Of a stretch of 32,000 nucleotides of DNA, positions 29,609 through 32,000 are shown in pieces (the stretch's first letter is position 1; every line of letters begins with the position of its first letter). The notes under the pieces are model-generated. The model was not told the origin of the DNA and did no database searches. It worked only from the letters and a program-made list of their open reading frames with translations. This DNA is from Dickeya dadantii NCPPB 898 (lineage in GTDB: Bacteria > Pseudomonadota > Gammaproteobacteria > Enterobacterales > Enterobacteriaceae). The position numbers and the translations under genes were made by a program. The stretch covers positions 3,389,263 to 3,421,262 of the forward strand of contig NZ_CM001976.1 in the NCBI RefSeq assembly GCF_000406145.1, written 5' to 3'.

Positions 29609-31761
29609 GACAATTCTCCTTCATCGCGGTAGCGGCGACGCAGACGCTGGCGAATCACCTCCGCCAGCGAATTGACCACAAAAGTAAAGATAAACAGCAC
29701 CAGCGCGGCCAAAAACAACACCCGATAATGCCCGCTGGACATCGCCGCTTCCGGCATTTCAATGGCGATATTGGCCGCCAGCGATCGTAACCCCTGAAAC
29801 AGGCTATTGTTCGTAACCGGCGTGTTGCCGGTCGCCATCAGCACAATCATGGTTTCGCCCACCGCGCGGCCAAAACTGAGCATCAGGGCGGCGAAAATAC
29901 CGGAGCTGGCCGACGGCAGCACCACCCGCCACAGCGTTTGCCACGCCGTCGCGCCCAGCGCCAGCGAGCCCTGGCTCAGCCGCGCCGGCACGCTGAACAG
30001 CGCATCCTCCGCCAGCGAAAAAATCAGCGGGATCAATGCAAACCCCAGCGCAACCCCGGCCACCAGCGTATTACGCTGGCTGAAATGATCGCCCATCCAC
30101 TGCCAGAGCGGCTGCCCCAGCAAATGCATTTCCAGCCACGGCGCCAGCCAGCAGGCCAACGCCAGCATCAGCAACATCGCCGGTATCAGCAGTAATGCGT
30201 CCCAGCCCGCCGACACGCCGCGCCGCCAGCGGTCGGGCAGTTGTTCCAGTAACCAACCGCATCCCAGCACGGCCACCGCCCACATCGGCGGCAGCAGCAG
30301 AATAGCGGCCAGATAGGCGGCCATGTGCGGCGCCAGCCACAGCGCGGCAATCAACCCGATCACCACCGTCGGCAACGCGCCCATGATTTCCATTGTGGGT
30401 TTGACCCAGCGCCGCAGCGCCGGCGCCATAAAGCAGGCGGTGTAAATCGCGGCGGCCAGCGCCAGCGGCGCGGCGAACAGCATGGCGTAAAGCGCGGCTT
30501 TGAAGGTGCCGGTCAACAACGGGACCAGACTGAATTTAGCCTGATAACTGTCGTCAGCGGCGGTAGGCTGCCAGACATAATCAGGCTCGGGATAGTTTTC
30601 ATACCAGAGTTTCTGCCATAACCCGCGCCAGCCGATATCCGGGTAAGCGTTATCCAACTGATAGGGTTGCCAGCCGGCGTCCGTTTCCACCAGCAGCGCC
30701 CGCCCGCGCGGAGAAAACGTCGCCAGCCGGGCCTGTGGCGCCAGTAAAGCGCTCATCAGCTCGCCGGATTGTTTGCTGGCGAACAGCGAGAAATGTCCTT
30801 GAGGATCGAGGGTGGCGAACACGCGACGACGCGGCTCAATTACCAGTTGCAGCTCACGCCCGACCGTGGGGAAAGCTCGAATCTCGCTCAGACGCGGCCC
30901 TTCCGCCGCCGGGGTATCGAACCACTGGCTGACGCGCCCATCGGCGGATTTCACCAGCAACGAATGACCTCCAGCCAGCAGCGCTAACGATAACGGTGCG
31001 GTTCCCGGCAACGTCACCGTTTCGCGAGCGGTAAGCGCTTGCTCACCGTGTTGCCACACCGTCAGGCGGTTGCCGTTCAGGGTATACAGTTGCTGCCCGT
31101 CCGGCGTCAGCAGCAGTTGCTCCGCCGGTTCGGCCAACGCGGTCTGCCCGGCTGGCTGCGCACCGGCGGACGTCAGCGTATAGAGTTGCAATCGGTTATC
31201 GCCGTCAACCATCGCCACCCGCAGCACATCGACTGACTCAGCCACCGCCAGTTGCCGTAGCGGCGGCACCGCGCCGACCGGCAGAAGCGGCCGCTCACCC
31301 AGCGGGTATCGCCATTGCGGCGCGCCAGCGCCGGACAGCGGCATGTCCGGGCGCACCACGCTCAGCGCGCCGTCAGCCTGCCCCAGGACCAGTAGCGGGC
31401 GCTCACCTACGCTCATCGCCACCCGCGTTACCGCCGGGGTTAACGGCACGCGAGCTATCGACTGCCCGCGTTCAAGGGCGATGAATTCGCCGTAACCAGT
31501 CGCATCCACCCGGAACGCCCAGCGCCCGTTGTCGCTGATGCCGAGCGCCAGCGCCGGTTCGCGGGTATCGACCGCCACCGGCGCCAGCGGCCGAATCGAC
31601 GCAGAGAAAAATAACGGAATCACCACATACAGCAGATAGAAAAAGATCAGCAGCAGCGCCAGCAACACCAGCCACCCGCTCCCCACCACAATCCGGCGCG
31701 TCAGCCGGTCGATCAACGCCCGCTGCCTGTCCCGGTAAGGTAAATTGCCTGTGTCTGCCAT
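29605..31761 (-). CDS. pstC: Phosphate ABC transporter permease PstC, long form (about 350-aa periplasmic domain after TM1)
   Basis: 718 aa. The C-terminal about 300 aa are the PstC core ([24 protein letters not shown]). Residues about 55-400 are repetitive and beta-rich (propeller-like) between TM1 and TM2. 4-nt overlap with pstA. Confidence 0.85.
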   Translation of the reverse strand: MADTGNLPYRDRQRALIDRLTRRIVVGSGWLVLLALLLIFFYLLYVVIPLFFSASIRPLAPVAVDTREPALALGISDNGRWAFRVDATGYGEFIALERGQSIARVPLTPAVTRVAMSVGERPLLVLGQADGALSVVRPDMPLSGAGAPQWRYPLGERPLLPVGAVPPLRQLAVAESVDVLRVAMVDGDNRLQLYTLTSAGAQPAGQTALAEPAEQLLLTPDGQQLYTLNGNRLTVWQHGEQALTARETVTLPGTAPLSLALLAGGHSLLVKSADGRVSQWFDTPAAEGPRLSEIRAFPTVGRELQLVIEPRRRVFATLDPQGHFSLFASKQSGELMSALLAPQARLATFSPRGRALLVETDAGWQPYQLDNAYPDIGWRGLWQKLWYENYPEPDYVWQPTAADDSYQAKFSLVPLLTGTFKAALYAMLFAAPLALAAAIYTACFMAPALRRWVKPTMEIMGALPTVVIGLIAALWLAPHMAAYLAAILLLPPMWAVAVLGCGWLLEQLPDRWRRGVSAGWDALLLIPAMLLMLALACWLAPWLEMHLLGQPLWQWMGDHFSQRNTLVAGVALGFALIPLIFSLAEDALFSVPARLSQGSLALGATAWQTLWRVVLPSASSGIFAALMLSFGRAVGETMIVLMATGNTPVTNNSLFQGLRSLAANIAIEMPEAAMSSGHYRVLFLAALVLFIFTFVVNSLAEVIRQRLRRRYRDEGELS

Positions 31762-31982
31762 GCGTCGCCGTTGTTCCTGCCGTTCGTGAATCTGTCCGTC
31801 CTCTTGCGTTAATCAAGGGGAAGTGAAATTTCCCGTCGCCGACGGGGTAACATATGTTGCCTTTACGCCTGTAATATGACAATGGTAAGTCGATACGCGC
31901 ATTCGCTTTTATCGTCATTTGCGCGCCATAATGAACGTGGATATTAGCTACACTTAAGTCAAAATAGTGTAACGGAGCGACA

Positions 31983-32000
31983 ATGAGTCAGGACAAACTC
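31983..32000 (+). CDS. 5-prime end of a divergent ORF (MSQDKL...), possibly polyphosphate kinase
   Basis: Only 6 codons are visible. MSQDKL resembles the E. coli Ppk N-terminus MGQEKL, and from memory ppk lies next to long-form pstCAB in Vibrio. SD GGAG lies 6 nt upstream. Confidence 0.2.

Noticed and set aside
28631-29632. 333-aa + strand ORF
   Set aside because: Antisense to long-form pstA. It is extremely Arg/Gln/His-rich.
31869-31890. Pho box upstream of pstC
   Set aside because: One heptamer (TTGTCAT on the minus strand, CTGTAAT on the plus strand) is good. The partner heptamers at 11-bp spacing match only 3-4 of 7 positions.
1-32000. CRISPR arrays, tRNA or rRNA genes
   Set aside because: No spaced direct-repeat arrays, cloverleaf-like intergenic sequences or rRNA-like conserved strings were seen. 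The only tandem repeat is the 2 x 11 bp unit at 2540-2561.

Overview
GC-rich enterobacterial-type chromosome segment. The gene order folD-ybcJ-cysS-ppiB-lpxH-purEK-sdaCB mirrors E. coli; a Dickeya or other soft-rot-like host is my guess and is unverified. Left end: a truncated group II intron-like RNA fragment abuts a decayed IS110-family element. Its transposase has two frameshifts and its structured 5-prime leader is a candidate bridge RNA. A frameshifted YkgJ-type CxxCxxCC gene follows. From 2.7 to 12.6 kb lies a histidine-utilisation (hut) locus of the five-step type (hutC, hutD, hutF, hutI, hutG) with four TGT-N4-ACA HutC-type operators. It has no hutU and no canonical hutH. Instead it carries a polar-amino-acid ABC importer operon ending in a histidine-ammonia-lyase paralog in which the MIO-forming Ala-Ser-Gly triad is precisely missing. 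This is the most interesting candidate in the window: either an ergothionase-like MIO-independent lyase acting on a modified histidine, or a pseudoenzyme. Downstream are a NIT-domain chemoreceptor, the housekeeping block, a 153-bp MITE-like palindromic element upstream of cysS, and an AT-rich islet holding an XRE regulator plus a tandem pair of secreted-protein paralogs, one of them decayed. The window ends with a long-form pstCAB operon that has no adjacent pstS or phoU. I saw no rRNA, tRNA or CRISPR. Many long ORFs in the track are antisense artefacts of high GC. All similarity statements come from memory and reading by eye; no searches were run.
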